The notes: generated by a model not told the origin, from the sequence alone. DNA of 64,000 nucleotides from Pseudomonadota bacterium (GCA_030523245.1 JAUNIW010000002.1:5410-69409), one strand, 5' to 3'. Shown: positions 27,524 through 37,514, counted from the stretch's first letter. Made by a program: numbers and translations.

Positions 27524-28420
27524 TTATTGATTATCTTCGGCCAATTCGACTTTTGTCAGCAAAAAGTCCGGTGTCCGACGACCGAAAGTATGGAATTTCC
27601 GCATCAGACTCAATGCCTCGTTATCTTTAATATTTTTATCTTTTTTATCCGCATATTTATGCTGTTCCGAACGATTATTTTTTTCTGCCCGCGGCCGGCG
27701 TTCGGTTTTATCTGTCGTATTTTTTACCGGTTCTTGCTCCGGAACTTCAGTTGTTTGCGGCTGTTTGTCTTCTGCCTTTTCTACAGCGGCCGGTTCATTT
27801 TGCACGGCTTCCTGCTCTTTATTTTTATCCACTTTGATTTCAGCCGGTGTTTTCAGGATTTTATCCAGAATATCCTGCGTTTCTTTTGAACGACGGTTGG
27901 TAAAGACGATATTTTGTTTATCCGCCGGCAGAACTTCCAAGATTTGTTCCAGATTTTTAAGCTGGTGCAGTTTTTTAATCAGATTGATATCATCAACAAC
28001 CAAAATATTCGTTTTGGATAAATCAACTTTATCTTCTTTTACCAAATCCAACAACAGGCTCGGCGAAGCTATAATAACATTGGCTTCATCATCCGCATTT
28101 TCTTCATTATCCGTCAGAGTTGTTTCGTTAATTTCATGATATTTGTTAAACACGGCAAAACGGTCAGATACAATAACCGATTGTTTTGAATTGGCCGTGA
28201 TAACCAAAATATTCTGCGCTTCATGGCGGGCAATAATATCTATCAGCGGAAAAACATACGAACACGTTTTACCACAGCCGGCCGGCGCAATGGCAAACAC
28301 GTCTTTTCCCTCCAGAACGGACGGAATAACATCTGCCTGAACTGTCGTCGGGGCTGTAATTCCCGCTTCTTGGATTGCTTTGATTGTTGTTTCGCTTAAA
28401 CCGAGTTCTTTAAAATCCAT
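27524..28420 (-). CDS. Degenerate DEAD-box helicase N-terminal (RecA-like domain 1) protein with a Lys/Glu-rich tail (298 aa)
   Basis: The Q-motif context is ..FKELGLSETTIKAIQEAGITAPTTVQ. Motif I is degenerate, APAGCGKT versus the consensus AxTGSGKT. Motif II is VVDDIN where DEAD is expected. There is no helicase C-terminal domain. The C-terminus is low-complexity KE/Q-rich. Confidence 0.6.
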   Translation of the reverse strand: MDFKELGLSETTIKAIQEAGITAPTTVQADVIPSVLEGKDVFAIAPAGCGKTCSYVFPLIDIIARHEAQNILVITANSKQSVIVSDRFAVFNKYHEINETTLTDNEENADDEANVIIASPSLLLDLVKEDKVDLSKTNILVVDDINLIKKLHQLKNLEQILEVLPADKQNIVFTNRRSKETQDILDKILKTPAEIKVDKNKEQEAVQNEPAAVEKAEDKQPQTTEVPEQEPVKNTTDKTERRPRAEKNNRSEQHKYADKKDKNIKDNEALSLMRKFHTFGRRTPDFLLTKVELAEDNQ

Positions 28421-28438
28421 TTTATCCTCATTTATCTG

Positions 28439-30304
28439 TTATACTTCAGGAACTGAAACTTTTGTTTGTTTTTCCGGCGGCACAGGTGTCTGTTCCGAAC
28501 GATCAATCTTTTGACCGGCCAGAACGGCTTTGATTTCGTCTCCGGTTAAGGTTTCATATTCCATTAAAGCTTGTGCCAGTGTTTCCAGCTCTTTGTCGTT
28601 TTCTTTTAAAATGCGTTGAGCTTCATTGTAGGCTTCGCTGATAAAACGTTTGATTTCCGCATCAACCAGACGAGCCGTTTCTTCACTCATATTTTTATTT
28701 TTGGTTACGGAGCGCCCCAAAAAGACCTCATCGGAATTTTCGGCATACATCACCGGACCGAGAACGTCACTCATTCCCCATTCGGTAACCATGGCTCGTG
28801 CCAGATTTGTCGCGGCGGCAATGTCTCCGGAAGCGCCGGAAGTTACTTTGCCGTAACCAAATTTCAGTTCCTCGCTTACTCGTCCGCCCATGCAGATAAT
28901 CAAACGCGACAGCATTTTGGCACGCGTGTAGGAATACTGGTCTTTTTCCGGCAACTGCTGCACCATACCCAAGGCTCGTCCGCGCGGAATAATCGTGGCT
29001 TTGTGAATAGGATCGGTTTCTTGAACATGAAGTGAACAAATAGCATGTCCGGCTTCATGATAAGCCGTCAATTTCTTCTCCTGTTCATCCATGGCCATTG
29101 ATTTACGCTCACTTCCCATCAAAACCTTGTCTTTAGCCTTATCAAAGTCTTCTGCCGTCACTTTGCGCTTGTTGCAGCGGGCTGCCAGCAAAGCAGCTTC
29201 ATTCACAAGATTGGCCAAATCGGCTCCAGAAAATCCCGGTGTGCCACGGGCCACAACCGACAGATTAACATCCCGAGCCAAAGGTACTTTCTGAACATGA
29301 ACTTTCAGAATCTCCTCACGGCCTTTGACATCAGGATTGCTGACGGTTACCTGACGGTCAAAACGTCCCGGTCTGAGCAGTGCCGGATCCAAAACATCCG
29401 GACGGTTGGTTGCCGCAATCAGAATAACATTTTCGTTCGGCTCAAAGCCGTCCATTTCTACCAACAGCTGATTCAGTGTCTGCTCGCGTTCATCGTTACC
29501 CCCGCCTAATCCGGCACCACGGTGACGACCGACGGCATCAATTTCATCAATAAACAACAGACACGGCGCATTTTTTTTAGCCTGAGCAAACATATCTCTG
29601 ACACGTGACGCCCCGACGCCGACAAACATTTCGACAAAGTCCGAACCGGAAATCGAAAAAAACGGAACATTGGCTTCGCCGGCAACAGCTTTTGCCAGCA
29701 GTGTTTTACCTGTTCCCGGAGGGCCTACCAGCAAAACCCCCTTCGGAATTTTACCGCCCAAACGCTGAAACTTTTGCGGGTCTTTCAAAAAGTCGATAAT
29801 TTCTTCCAGTTCCTGTTTGGATTCATCGGCACCGGCCACGTCTTTAAACGTAACCCGTTTGGTATTTTCTATCAGGCGCGCACGGGATTTACCAAAGCTC
29901 ATGGCCTTGTTGTTTCCGGCATTGGCCTGGCGCATAAAGAAAATCCAGACGCCGACCAATAAAATCATCGGGAACCAGGAAATAATGATACTCCAGAAGG
30001 TATCGCCCGATGTATCCTGCGGTTTGGCATCGACTTTCACATTATTTTCCAAAAGCGTATCGACGGTTGACGGACTGAAAGGCGCGTAAGTAACATATTT
30101 TTTACCGTCATTGGCCACACTGTAAATTTCGGCACCGGACATTGTCACACCGGAAATACGATTGCTCTTTACTTCATTCATAAAATCGGAAAATGCCAGT
30201 TTTTCATAATTAGCCGAGAAATCTTTATTTTCCATAAAGCTCATCATAATTGAAAGCATTACAAAGGCTAACAGCCAGATAATCGCATTTTTGCCAAATT
30301 TCAT
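28439..30304 (-). CDS. ftsH: ATP-dependent zinc metalloprotease FtsH (621 aa)
   Basis: N-terminal TM segments, AAA Walker [12 protein letters not shown], and the zinc site HEAGHA. Confidence 0.95.
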   Translation of the reverse strand: MKFGKNAIIWLLAFVMLSIMMSFMENKDFSANYEKLAFSDFMNEVKSNRISGVTMSGAEIYSVANDGKKYVTYAPFSPSTVDTLLENNVKVDAKPQDTSGDTFWSIIISWFPMILLVGVWIFFMRQANAGNNKAMSFGKSRARLIENTKRVTFKDVAGADESKQELEEIIDFLKDPQKFQRLGGKIPKGVLLVGPPGTGKTLLAKAVAGEANVPFFSISGSDFVEMFVGVGASRVRDMFAQAKKNAPCLLFIDEIDAVGRHRGAGLGGGNDEREQTLNQLLVEMDGFEPNENVILIAATNRPDVLDPALLRPGRFDRQVTVSNPDVKGREEILKVHVQKVPLARDVNLSVVARGTPGFSGADLANLVNEAALLAARCNKRKVTAEDFDKAKDKVLMGSERKSMAMDEQEKKLTAYHEAGHAICSLHVQETDPIHKATIIPRGRALGMVQQLPEKDQYSYTRAKMLSRLIICMGGRVSEELKFGYGKVTSGASGDIAAATNLARAMVTEWGMSDVLGPVMYAENSDEVFLGRSVTKNKNMSEETARLVDAEIKRFISEAYNEAQRILKENDKELETLAQALMEYETLTGDEIKAVLAGQKIDRSEQTPVPPEKQTKVSVPEV

Positions 30305-30411
30305 TTGTTTTTCCTAATTTATAATAAGTTGTTGTTCAATATATAGGTTGAAAAAACAGAAAACTCAAGTTTTTTCTCCGTTAACCGCCATTATATGTTA
30401 TTTGTACGGAT

Positions 30412-31332
30412 TTAGAAATTGCGGCTTTTGAAGACACCGTCTTCATACCCTTGTATCGTTTTGCAATTCTCTGCCATATTCAGCCTTTTTAAAGACAATC
30501 CGACATAGCGGCGTTCTCTTTCAATTCCCAAAAAATGCCTGTCCAGCTTTTTGGCAACCACCGCCGTCGTTCCCGAACCTAAAAACGGATCAAAAACCAA
30601 ATCACCTTTGTTACTGGATGCCAAAATAAGTTTGGCTATCAGTTTTTCCGGTTTTTGAGTCGGATGTTCCGTATTTTCAGCCATTGACCAGAAAGGAATC
30701 GTAATATCCGTCCATACGTTAGACGGTGCCGTAAGACGGACTTTTGTTCCGCCCTCTTCATGCCAGTCCTTGGGATTCCCCTTGGCATCTCGGTACGGTG
30801 CCAAAACCGGACGCTGAACTTTGACGCTGTCCAGATTAAAAGTGTATGTATCCGATTTGGTAAAAAACCATATATCTTCCAGACAATTCTTCCAGTTATC
30901 TGTAGCAGCGCGTCCCTTTTCGCGCTCCCATGATATCCGGTTCTGCAATTTAAAATACCTTCCGGCAACTTCCGGTATAACTATGGAACTTTTCCAATCC
31001 GAACAGATATAAATGCTGGCATTCGGCTTGAGAATCCGCACAACACGGGACAACCAATGATTAAACCATTTTCTGTACTCAGACAGGCTCATCTGTTTGA
31101 ATGTCGTTTTACCAAAACTTTTTGTCAGGTTATACGGCGGATCTACAATCATCAGGTCAACAAAATTATCCGGAATATAACTGAAAACTTTCAGCGCATC
31201 CTGCCAGACAATTTTATCTGTCAGGTCTATACCTTTTTTGCGAGGCGAAACTTTCACGGCCGTTTTAGCATAGCGAATTTCTTCCCGACGGGTTAAATTA
31301 AGTGTTTTATTTCTGGGTGCTAATCTTTTCAC
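30412..31332 (-). CDS. Beta-class N6-adenine (or N4-cytosine) DNA methyltransferase, CcrM/M.HinfI family, apparently orphan (306 aa)
   Basis: DPPYN (motif IV) near the N-terminus, then HPTQKPE and DPFLGSGTT (SAM-binding motif I), in the circularly permuted beta-class order. No restriction endonuclease is adjacent. The start overlaps the HPr stop by 4 nt. Confidence 0.8.
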   Translation of the reverse strand: MKRLAPRNKTLNLTRREEIRYAKTAVKVSPRKKGIDLTDKIVWQDALKVFSYIPDNFVDLMIVDPPYNLTKSFGKTTFKQMSLSEYRKWFNHWLSRVVRILKPNASIYICSDWKSSIVIPEVAGRYFKLQNRISWEREKGRAATDNWKNCLEDIWFFTKSDTYTFNLDSVKVQRPVLAPYRDAKGNPKDWHEEGGTKVRLTAPSNVWTDITIPFWSMAENTEHPTQKPEKLIAKLILASSNKGDLVFDPFLGSGTTAVVAKKLDRHFLGIERERRYVGLSLKRLNMAENCKTIQGYEDGVFKSRNF

Positions 31333-31604
31333 TGTTCTTCACCAAACAAAGAATCTACCAACCTGGTAATGTTTTCCACTGCTTTATGGGCATCTGCCCC
31401 GTTTGCTTTTACCGTAATCCGGCTACCGCGCGAAGCAGCCAGCATCATCAATCCCAAAATAGATGAACCGTCCACTTCCTGCCCGTCTTTTTCCACAAAC
31501 ACTTCCGCATCCAGGTCAGCAATACATTTAACAAAAGAGGCTGCCGCTCTCGCGTGCAAACCTTTAAGATTTTTTATTTCCAAAACAACCGAAGCATCAC
31601 TCAT
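31329..31604 (-). CDS. ptsH: Phosphocarrier protein HPr/NPr (91 aa)
   Basis: The GLHARAA active-site His15 motif, with regulatory Ser in GSSILGLMML. Confidence 0.88.
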   Translation of the reverse strand: MSDASVVLEIKNLKGLHARAAASFVKCIADLDAEVFVEKDGQEVDGSSILGLMMLAASRGSRITVKANGADAHKAVENITRLVDSLFGEEQ

Positions 31605-32008
31605 TTGCTGTTTCCATTTAAAAGTTGTGAAGCAACGTTAATATATTTCTTGCCGGCTTCCTGCGCACAAATAACACATTCGGACAACGGCATATTACTG
31701 CGTGCCGTAGCCAGCTTTATCAGCATCGGCAAATTGGCACCCGCAATCACATCAAAATTGCCGTGACCTATAACCGACATAGCCAAATTTGACGGCGTTC
31801 CGCCAAACATATCCGTCAAAAGAAGAACGCCGCTGCCGTCATCGACGCTTTTTGCTTTTTGCAAAATTTCCTGACGGCGCTCATCCACATCATCATCCGG
31901 ACCGATGCAGACACATTCTACTTTTTCCTGATGTCCCACAACATGTTCCATTGCCGCCACAAATTCGCGGGCCAGATTGCCATGGGTTACAAAAACCAAA
32001 CCTATCAT
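31601..32008 (-). CDS. PTS EIIA component, mannose/fructose (EIIA-Man) family (135 aa)
   Basis: MIGLVFVTHGNLAREF carries the active-site His of the EIIA-Man fold. No EIIB/C/D permease genes are nearby, so this is a regulatory PTS. Confidence 0.8.
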   Translation of the reverse strand: MIGLVFVTHGNLAREFVAAMEHVVGHQEKVECVCIGPDDDVDERRQEILQKAKSVDDGSGVLLLTDMFGGTPSNLAMSVIGHGNFDVIAGANLPMLIKLATARSNMPLSECVICAQEAGKKYINVASQLLNGNSK

Positions 32009-32424
32009 TTTGCTACACCGCCGGTCCAGATTTTTACCGCGCCGAAAGATTTCAAAACCTCATCTTTGCTTTTGGCCTTAAACAATTCATCCGCACGGGT
32101 GCGACGGCCTTTGAATTCGATTTCTTCGACATTTTCAACCGGTACGCCATATACGCGTTCTACCATATCCGCCTTCATTTCAACAATCATCACAAACTCG
32201 GCTTCGGCCAATACGCCTTTGGTTTCGGAATCAACATTATCCAATATAATGGCCCGACGTTCATCGCGCTTCAGCAATGCCGTTTTTTTACCGTCAAATT
32301 CCAGCAAAGGTTCCTGCGGCGCGCCGTCGCGTGCATCAATAAATATAGCCAACTCGCCGTATTTATTTTCTATTATTTCAAAGAAATCCTGCTTTTCCAT
32401 AAGCGTATAATATTGATTTTCCAT
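32005..32424 (-). CDS. Hypothetical protein (139 aa) occupying the position normally held by hprK upstream of EIIA-Man/HPr
   Basis: Translationally coupled to EIIA by a 4-nt overlap. It lacks any Walker A P-loop, so it is not an HPr kinase. Confidence 0.5.
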   Translation of the reverse strand: MENQYYTLMEKQDFFEIIENKYGELAIFIDARDGAPQEPLLEFDGKKTALLKRDERRAIILDNVDSETKGVLAEAEFVMIVEMKADMVERVYGVPVENVEEIEFKGRRTRADELFKAKSKDEVLKSFGAVKIWTGGVAK

Positions 32425-32504
32425 AATATTTCCTCAAAAAATTTATTTATATCCGTTATTCTATTATACTTTTTCCAAAAAGTAAATCTTAACTTTTCAG
32501 GTTG

Positions 32505-33368
32505 TTAACGGACTTCGCCGTTTTTTTGCAGAGAAGCTTGCAAAAGCTTTTTCATTTCCGCCGCATAGGAACGTTTCGGCTTTGGTGCATCTTTATCTTT
32601 TTCGGCTTTGATGTTTCGCATTTTGATTTCCGTCAAACGGGCGGTCTGCCCCGATTTTTTCAAAATCAGCTCAGCCGTAGCGTTTTTGGAAAGATTTTTT
32701 TTACCCACATCACGCGCATCCGACATTTTTATCTGATTTACCTTACGATTATTGGTGGTTTTGTTGATTTTTTTGATACCTTCCACCACTTGTCCGACTT
32801 CTCTTTGGGTAATTTTACCTTTTATACCGACTTTTTCGGTAATATTTTTTTCCAGAGACTCCAGACGCAGACGCCGCGGATTATAAATTGCATCCTGCAT
32901 CTGCATGGTCATTTCGGCCGTACTCATTCTGGAAATTCCGGCACGGTTTGACAGCGTATCCGACTGCTGCAACGCATTCATTTTTCCGGCATATTCTTCC
33001 TGACGCACCGTTTCGGTATGATTACGCTGCTCGACACGGCCGCGTTCGGCCGGCGATAAGGCGCTTACCAGAGAATTATCATTGTTGGAAGCATCATCGG
33101 CGCTCAATTGCAATTCAAAAAAAGCCCTCAGGGCATCTTCATCCATGGTGCCGTCATCTTCCTCTTCATCATACCGGTTGCGCACTCTTTTGCGCAGGCT
33201 CTTCATGGCCGGCGACAATTCACTGAGTTTTGCTTTTCCTTCTTTAGCCTGATAACGGTTAGCCTCTTGGGCATCAATGCGCAGCGACAGCCTCTCGGCC
33301 GGTACACTTCCTTTTTTGTTCCAGTCTAAACCGGCATTATCCGTTTTATTTTCCTGTGTTTCATCCAT
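32505..33368 (-). CDS. Hypothetical hydrophilic, probably disordered protein (287 aa)
   Basis: Charged, low-complexity composition (E/K/R/D/N-rich), no TM, no motif recognised. Confidence 0.45.
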   Translation of the reverse strand: MDETQENKTDNAGLDWNKKGSVPAERLSLRIDAQEANRYQAKEGKAKLSELSPAMKSLRKRVRNRYDEEEDDGTMDEDALRAFFELQLSADDASNNDNSLVSALSPAERGRVEQRNHTETVRQEEYAGKMNALQQSDTLSNRAGISRMSTAEMTMQMQDAIYNPRRLRLESLEKNITEKVGIKGKITQREVGQVVEGIKKINKTTNNRKVNQIKMSDARDVGKKNLSKNATAELILKKSGQTARLTEIKMRNIKAEKDKDAPKPKRSYAAEMKKLLQASLQKNGEVR

Positions 33369-33416
33369 TTTTGCATCCTTAAATATATTTTATACTTTAC
33401 ATCAAAGATTGCAACC

Positions 33417-35066
33417 CTATTTTACCGTATAGGTCACCATAACCGAACCGTCATAAAAAATCAGAGGAGAAACGGCCAGATTTTTATTATCGTCCCGCAG
33501 CAGACTGAAATGTCTTCCTGCCATAATGTTCTCCATTATACTTTTTTTAAATGCCGGCCAGTCATCTACGTTGGAAAAGAACAATTTCTGCAAACCGATA
33601 ACTTCGTCAAGTTTCGGCTCATCCTGCAGCTTGTCAAATTCCAAACTCCAAAGTTTTAAATAAGACTTGTTATAAAATTTCAACCGTTGATTCGGTTCAA
33701 AAATAATAACCGAATCGTTCAGGTTATCCAAAATATTTTGCTGCATAGACGTTAAGTCATTCAGCCGCCGCATTGTCGCCAAACGATCGGAAACATCTTC
33801 AAATGCAAAAATCACACCGTTCGGATGCGGTGTACGCAAGCGGCGGATAGTCCGGCCGTCAGGCAAATGCAGTAAATCTTCTTTTGTTTCCAGTAACCCG
33901 CTGAAAACGGTCATCTCCTCCTGCTTATAGTTTTTTACATCCGGAACCGGCGGCAGCATTTTACTTTCGCGAATCGTTTCCAAAAACTGTAAATATGACG
34001 GTGCTTTTTCCAAAAAATCATTATCCAGATGCCATAAGTTTTTGAATGAAGTATTATAAAAATATAACTTTGACCTGTCGTCAAAAATAGCAAATGCCGT
34101 TCCCAGGGCTCCCAAAATTTCCAGATGGTTATTCTGATTTATTTTAAAATTCCGTTTGGCTTTTTCCAAGGCCGTATTATCAACCAAATACCCAACTGTT
34201 CCGATTTTATCCAGCGAATCTCCCGTATAATAAGGATTTTCCCGCAACTCAAAATTAAAAAGACGGCCGCCGCGGACAATATTTACGCCTTTTTTCTGCT
34301 GTTTTTTGCTTTTTTGCGCCGCAGCCGCCAATGCTGCAGCCACTACCTCGCCTTTACCGTTACGGATTTCAAGACCGTTGGTCAGAACCTCCGTCTTATT
34401 TTGGGCGCCGGCAAACTCCAGATATTTTTTATTTACAGCCACAAGATTCAGATTTTCATCTCTGAGCCAGAGAGGATAGTCCAAACCATCAATCATCTGT
34501 TCCAGCTGCTTACGCGAATCCTCCACTGCCATTTTTTCGGCAGCCAAATCGGCAATCTTGGATGTTTCCGCGGTTACATCCCTAAACCAGACAATATCAC
34601 AATACAAATTATTATCTGCCCCGTTAATACGACTGCCGTAAACACAGATATACCTTTCACTGTTTTTGAGGCGCAGCATATCTTCAAAACGTTTTCCCTC
34701 ATGTTGCAACAGACTGACATATTTTTTTAACAGGCGGGCGTCTTCTTTATAAAAAGCTTCGCATACCTGTTCAAAAGATGCCGCTGTCCCGTCTTTCAGC
34801 GCCAGCAGCACAGCCAGACGGCGCGAACATTTTTCTTTAATGCCTTTTTGCGGGTCTTTTACCTTCTGGTCAGGGTAAACAAAAGAAAAAGAACCGTCCT
34901 TTGCCGAATACAGAATCTCGTTACAGCGTTCTCTGTCCCGCCGGATAAAATAAATTCTGTGCTTATATTTATATATTTTTATCTGCAGGACTCCTACGAC
35001 ACCCAGCATTATAAAAACCAGAAGCAAACTCAAAAAAACAATATCACGCAGCAGTTCAGCATCCAT
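33417..35066 (-). CDS. Membrane-anchored PAS-repeat sensor-domain protein without a kinase or other output domain (549 aa)
   Basis: An N-terminal TM, then at least three PAS-like modules. No H-box or HATPase motifs and no GGDEF/EAL. Confidence 0.55.
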   Translation of the reverse strand: MDAELLRDIVFLSLLLVFIMLGVVGVLQIKIYKYKHRIYFIRRDRERCNEILYSAKDGSFSFVYPDQKVKDPQKGIKEKCSRRLAVLLALKDGTAASFEQVCEAFYKEDARLLKKYVSLLQHEGKRFEDMLRLKNSERYICVYGSRINGADNNLYCDIVWFRDVTAETSKIADLAAEKMAVEDSRKQLEQMIDGLDYPLWLRDENLNLVAVNKKYLEFAGAQNKTEVLTNGLEIRNGKGEVVAAALAAAAQKSKKQQKKGVNIVRGGRLFNFELRENPYYTGDSLDKIGTVGYLVDNTALEKAKRNFKINQNNHLEILGALGTAFAIFDDRSKLYFYNTSFKNLWHLDNDFLEKAPSYLQFLETIRESKMLPPVPDVKNYKQEEMTVFSGLLETKEDLLHLPDGRTIRRLRTPHPNGVIFAFEDVSDRLATMRRLNDLTSMQQNILDNLNDSVIIFEPNQRLKFYNKSYLKLWSLEFDKLQDEPKLDEVIGLQKLFFSNVDDWPAFKKSIMENIMAGRHFSLLRDDNKNLAVSPLIFYDGSVMVTYTVK

Positions 35067-35159
35067 TACAGAATCTTCTTTACAAAAAAAATGTTTGTTT
35101 TATTACTTTTTTTATAGTAAAGAAATGCAAATAAATAGGCAATTTATTTTTTAAAAAGG

Positions 35160-35828
35160 TTGATAACTATGTTAACTTTGGCTTTTGATACCACGGCCGA
35201 CTGCTGTAATATTGCTTTGCTGCGTGATAATATCGTCATTGAAAAATTTTCGGCAGAGATGGATTTCGGTCAGGCGGAAACGCTGCTGCCGCAAATTCAA
35301 AATCTGTTGCAAAAACAGAATCTGACCTTTGCAGACATCACGCTTCTGGCTGTCTGTACGGGACCGGGATCATTTACGGGTGTTCGTTCTTCAATAGCGG
35401 CAGCGCGGGCTTTCGGGCTGGCCCGGCCGGAGTTAAACCTTACGGGCGTTTCGGCATTTGAAGCTTATGCTCATTCGCTGGATATGTCCGAGCTTTCCGA
35501 ATATAATGCCGTTATTATCGAAACAAAACGTGATGATTTTTATTTCCAGCTGTTCAGCGGCAGACTGGAAAAACTGAGTGACGCACAGGCTTTGCCTTAT
35601 GAAGAAATTATCAGTCTGCTGAAAGGAAAAACCGTGACACTTATCGGCAACGGGGTAGAACGTTTTCTGGACAAGCCCAGCGGATTGGTTTTGCACGCCA
35701 TCCGCATGGACAAGGCTGCATCCGTAACCGATTTGGCCGCCTGCGCCATCCAAAAATTCAACCGTAAAAAGCTGAATTTTCCCAAACCGCTGTATTTACG
35801 TGCACCCGATGTTTGTGTAAAACCATAA
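35160..35828 (+). CDS. tsaB: tRNA threonylcarbamoyladenosine biosynthesis protein TsaB (222 aa)
   Basis: LAFDTTADCCNIALL...CTGPGSFTGVRSSIAAARAFG matches the YeaZ/TsaB family. Confidence 0.85.
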   Translation: MITMLTLAFDTTADCCNIALLRDNIVIEKFSAEMDFGQAETLLPQIQNLLQKQNLTFADITLLAVCTGPGSFTGVRSSIAAARAFGLARPELNLTGVSAFEAYAHSLDMSELSEYNAVIIETKRDDFYFQLFSGRLEKLSDAQALPYEEIISLLKGKTVTLIGNGVERFLDKPSGLVLHAIRMDKAASVTDLAACAIQKFNRKKLNFPKPLYLRAPDVCVKP

Positions 35829-35906
35829 AAATTATATGGATATATCAAAAATAAAAGTGTATTTAACTAGAAAATATTTCGTTTGTAATTGTAATGTGAG
35901 GAAAAA

Positions 35907-36188
35907 GTGACTAGATCAGAATTAATTGAAAGAATTGCCGCAAAAATGCCTAATCTGACAATCAGAGACATTGATAATATCGTCTGCGTGATTTTTGATA
36001 AATTAACAACGGCTTTGGCTGACGGTAACCGTGTTGAAATCCGTGGTTTTGGAGCTTTTTCGGTCAGAGACAGAGATCCGAGAATCGCAATTAACCCGAA
36101 AAATAAAACACGTGTCAATGTTCCGGCTAAAAAGATTGTCCATTTTAAAACCGGCAAAGAATTACACGACAGGCTGAACGCAAAATAA
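35907..36188 (+). CDS. ihfB: Integration host factor subunit beta (93 aa)
   Basis: MTRSELIERIA...RVEIRGFGAFSVRDRDPRIAINPKNKTRVNVPAKKIVHFKTGKEL has the HU/IHF fold signature and the IHF-beta N-terminus. Confidence 0.9.
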   Translation: MTRSELIERIAAKMPNLTIRDIDNIVCVIFDKLTTALADGNRVEIRGFGAFSVRDRDPRIAINPKNKTRVNVPAKKIVHFKTGKELHDRLNAK

Positions 36189-36216
36189 TTTCAGCCTTCC
36201 TTTAAAGGAGGATGCC

Positions 36217-36645
36217 ATGAAACTATTACATTATCTTTTTGAAATTCCGATTATTCTTATTGCGATATGGGGAATTTACAATGCACAGATTGCTGATGAC
36301 GGCCTTGTTTTTTCACTGTGGCCGCTTGAAAGTGAAGTTCTTGTCAATACCAGACTTCTGCTCTTCGTTTTTTTAGTTTATGGCTACCTCTGGGGGAAGG
36401 TCAATTCATGGTTTTCCGCAGCACCGATGCGTCGTGAGCTGAGATTGCAGCGTAAAACAAATAAAGCTCTCAACAAAGAACATGAAAAACTGAATGAAAC
36501 CGTCAGCGGTCTCAAACAAAATATTGCCGGCTTGGAACAAAAGGCAAAAGCCAGCGCGGAAGCAGCGCAAAATACCGGTGAACGTAAGATAAAACTTTGG
36601 ACAGATTCCATAAAGAATCTGTTTGCACGAAAGGATAACAAATGA
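36217..36645 (+). CDS. LapA-like (DUF1049) inner-membrane protein (142 aa)
   Basis: Two TM helices then a coiled-coil. Its position directly after ihfB matches the ihfB-lapA(yciS) arrangement. Confidence 0.55.
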   Translation: MKLLHYLFEIPIILIAIWGIYNAQIADDGLVFSLWPLESEVLVNTRLLLFVFLVYGYLWGKVNSWFSAAPMRRELRLQRKTNKALNKEHEKLNETVSGLKQNIAGLEQKAKASAEAAQNTGERKIKLWTDSIKNLFARKDNK

Positions 36646-37496
36646 ACTGGCTGACAGAAATCGTCCGTCCGAAAATTAAAAAGACAACGCCTAAAGAAAT
36701 TGCCGATAATTTGTGGGTACGCTGTCCGAATTGCAATCAGATGCTTTTTTCCAAAGAACTGAAAGATTCGCACTATGTCTGTACAGCCTGCGGACACCAC
36801 CTGCGTTTATATGTCGAAAAGCGTTTTAAACTGCTGTTTGACAATGAACAATATACTTTGGTTCCGTTGCCGGTTGTGCAGGATGATCCGCTTAAGTTTA
36901 AAGATATTCAAAAATATACGGACCGTCTGAAAAGTAACCGTAAAAAAACCGGTTGTCAGGATGCCGTTCAGGTAGCACGCGGTACAATCGGCGGTATTGC
37001 CAGCATCGTGGCCGCTATGGATTTCTCATTTATGGGCGGCTCCATGGGACTGGCCGTGGGTGAAGGAATCGTTAAAGCTGCCAAACTGGCCCTGAAAGAC
37101 AGACAGCCCCTGATTACCGTTACGGCGTCCGGCGGCGCGCGTATGCAGGAAGGCATGCTTTCACTGATGCAAATGGCCCGAACAACCGCAGCTATCAATG
37201 AACTGAAAGAAGCCGGTATTCCGTTTATCTCTATTCTGACAGACCCGACAACGGGCGGCGTTTCGGCATCATTTGCCATGCTGGGAGACGTAAACATGGC
37301 AGAAAAAGGATGTCTTATCGGTTTCGCCGGCCAGCGGGTTATTGAACAGACTATCCATGAAAAGCTGCCGGAAGGCTTCCAACGTGCCGAATATCTGCTG
37401 GAGCACGGTATGGTCGATATGGTGGTTGACCGTGCGCACATGAAAGAAGAATTGGTTAAAGTTTTAGGCATCTTAACCGCAAATCTTAATAAATAA
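36642..37496 (+). CDS. accD: Acetyl-CoA carboxylase carboxyltransferase subunit beta (284 aa)
   Basis: MNWLTEIVRPKIKK..., the zinc ribbon CPNCNQ...CTACGHH, and the carboxyltransferase domain GGSMG...GGARMQEG. Confidence 0.93.
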   Translation: MNWLTEIVRPKIKKTTPKEIADNLWVRCPNCNQMLFSKELKDSHYVCTACGHHLRLYVEKRFKLLFDNEQYTLVPLPVVQDDPLKFKDIQKYTDRLKSNRKKTGCQDAVQVARGTIGGIASIVAAMDFSFMGGSMGLAVGEGIVKAAKLALKDRQPLITVTASGGARMQEGMLSLMQMARTTAAINELKEAGIPFISILTDPTTGGVSASFAMLGDVNMAEKGCLIGFAGQRVIEQTIHEKLPEGFQRAEYLLEHGMVDMVVDRAHMKEELVKVLGILTANLNK

Positions 37497-37514
37497 CTTT
37501 AATCTTTTTCATTT

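Noticed and set aside
32005-32424. Possible truncated HPr kinase/phosphorylase (alphaproteobacterial short HprK) upstream of EIIA-Man/HPr
   Set aside because: The 139-aa protein has no Walker A P-loop (GxxGxGKS) or other HprK C-domain motif, so the hprK identity is rejected; it is kept as an unknown in the hprK position.
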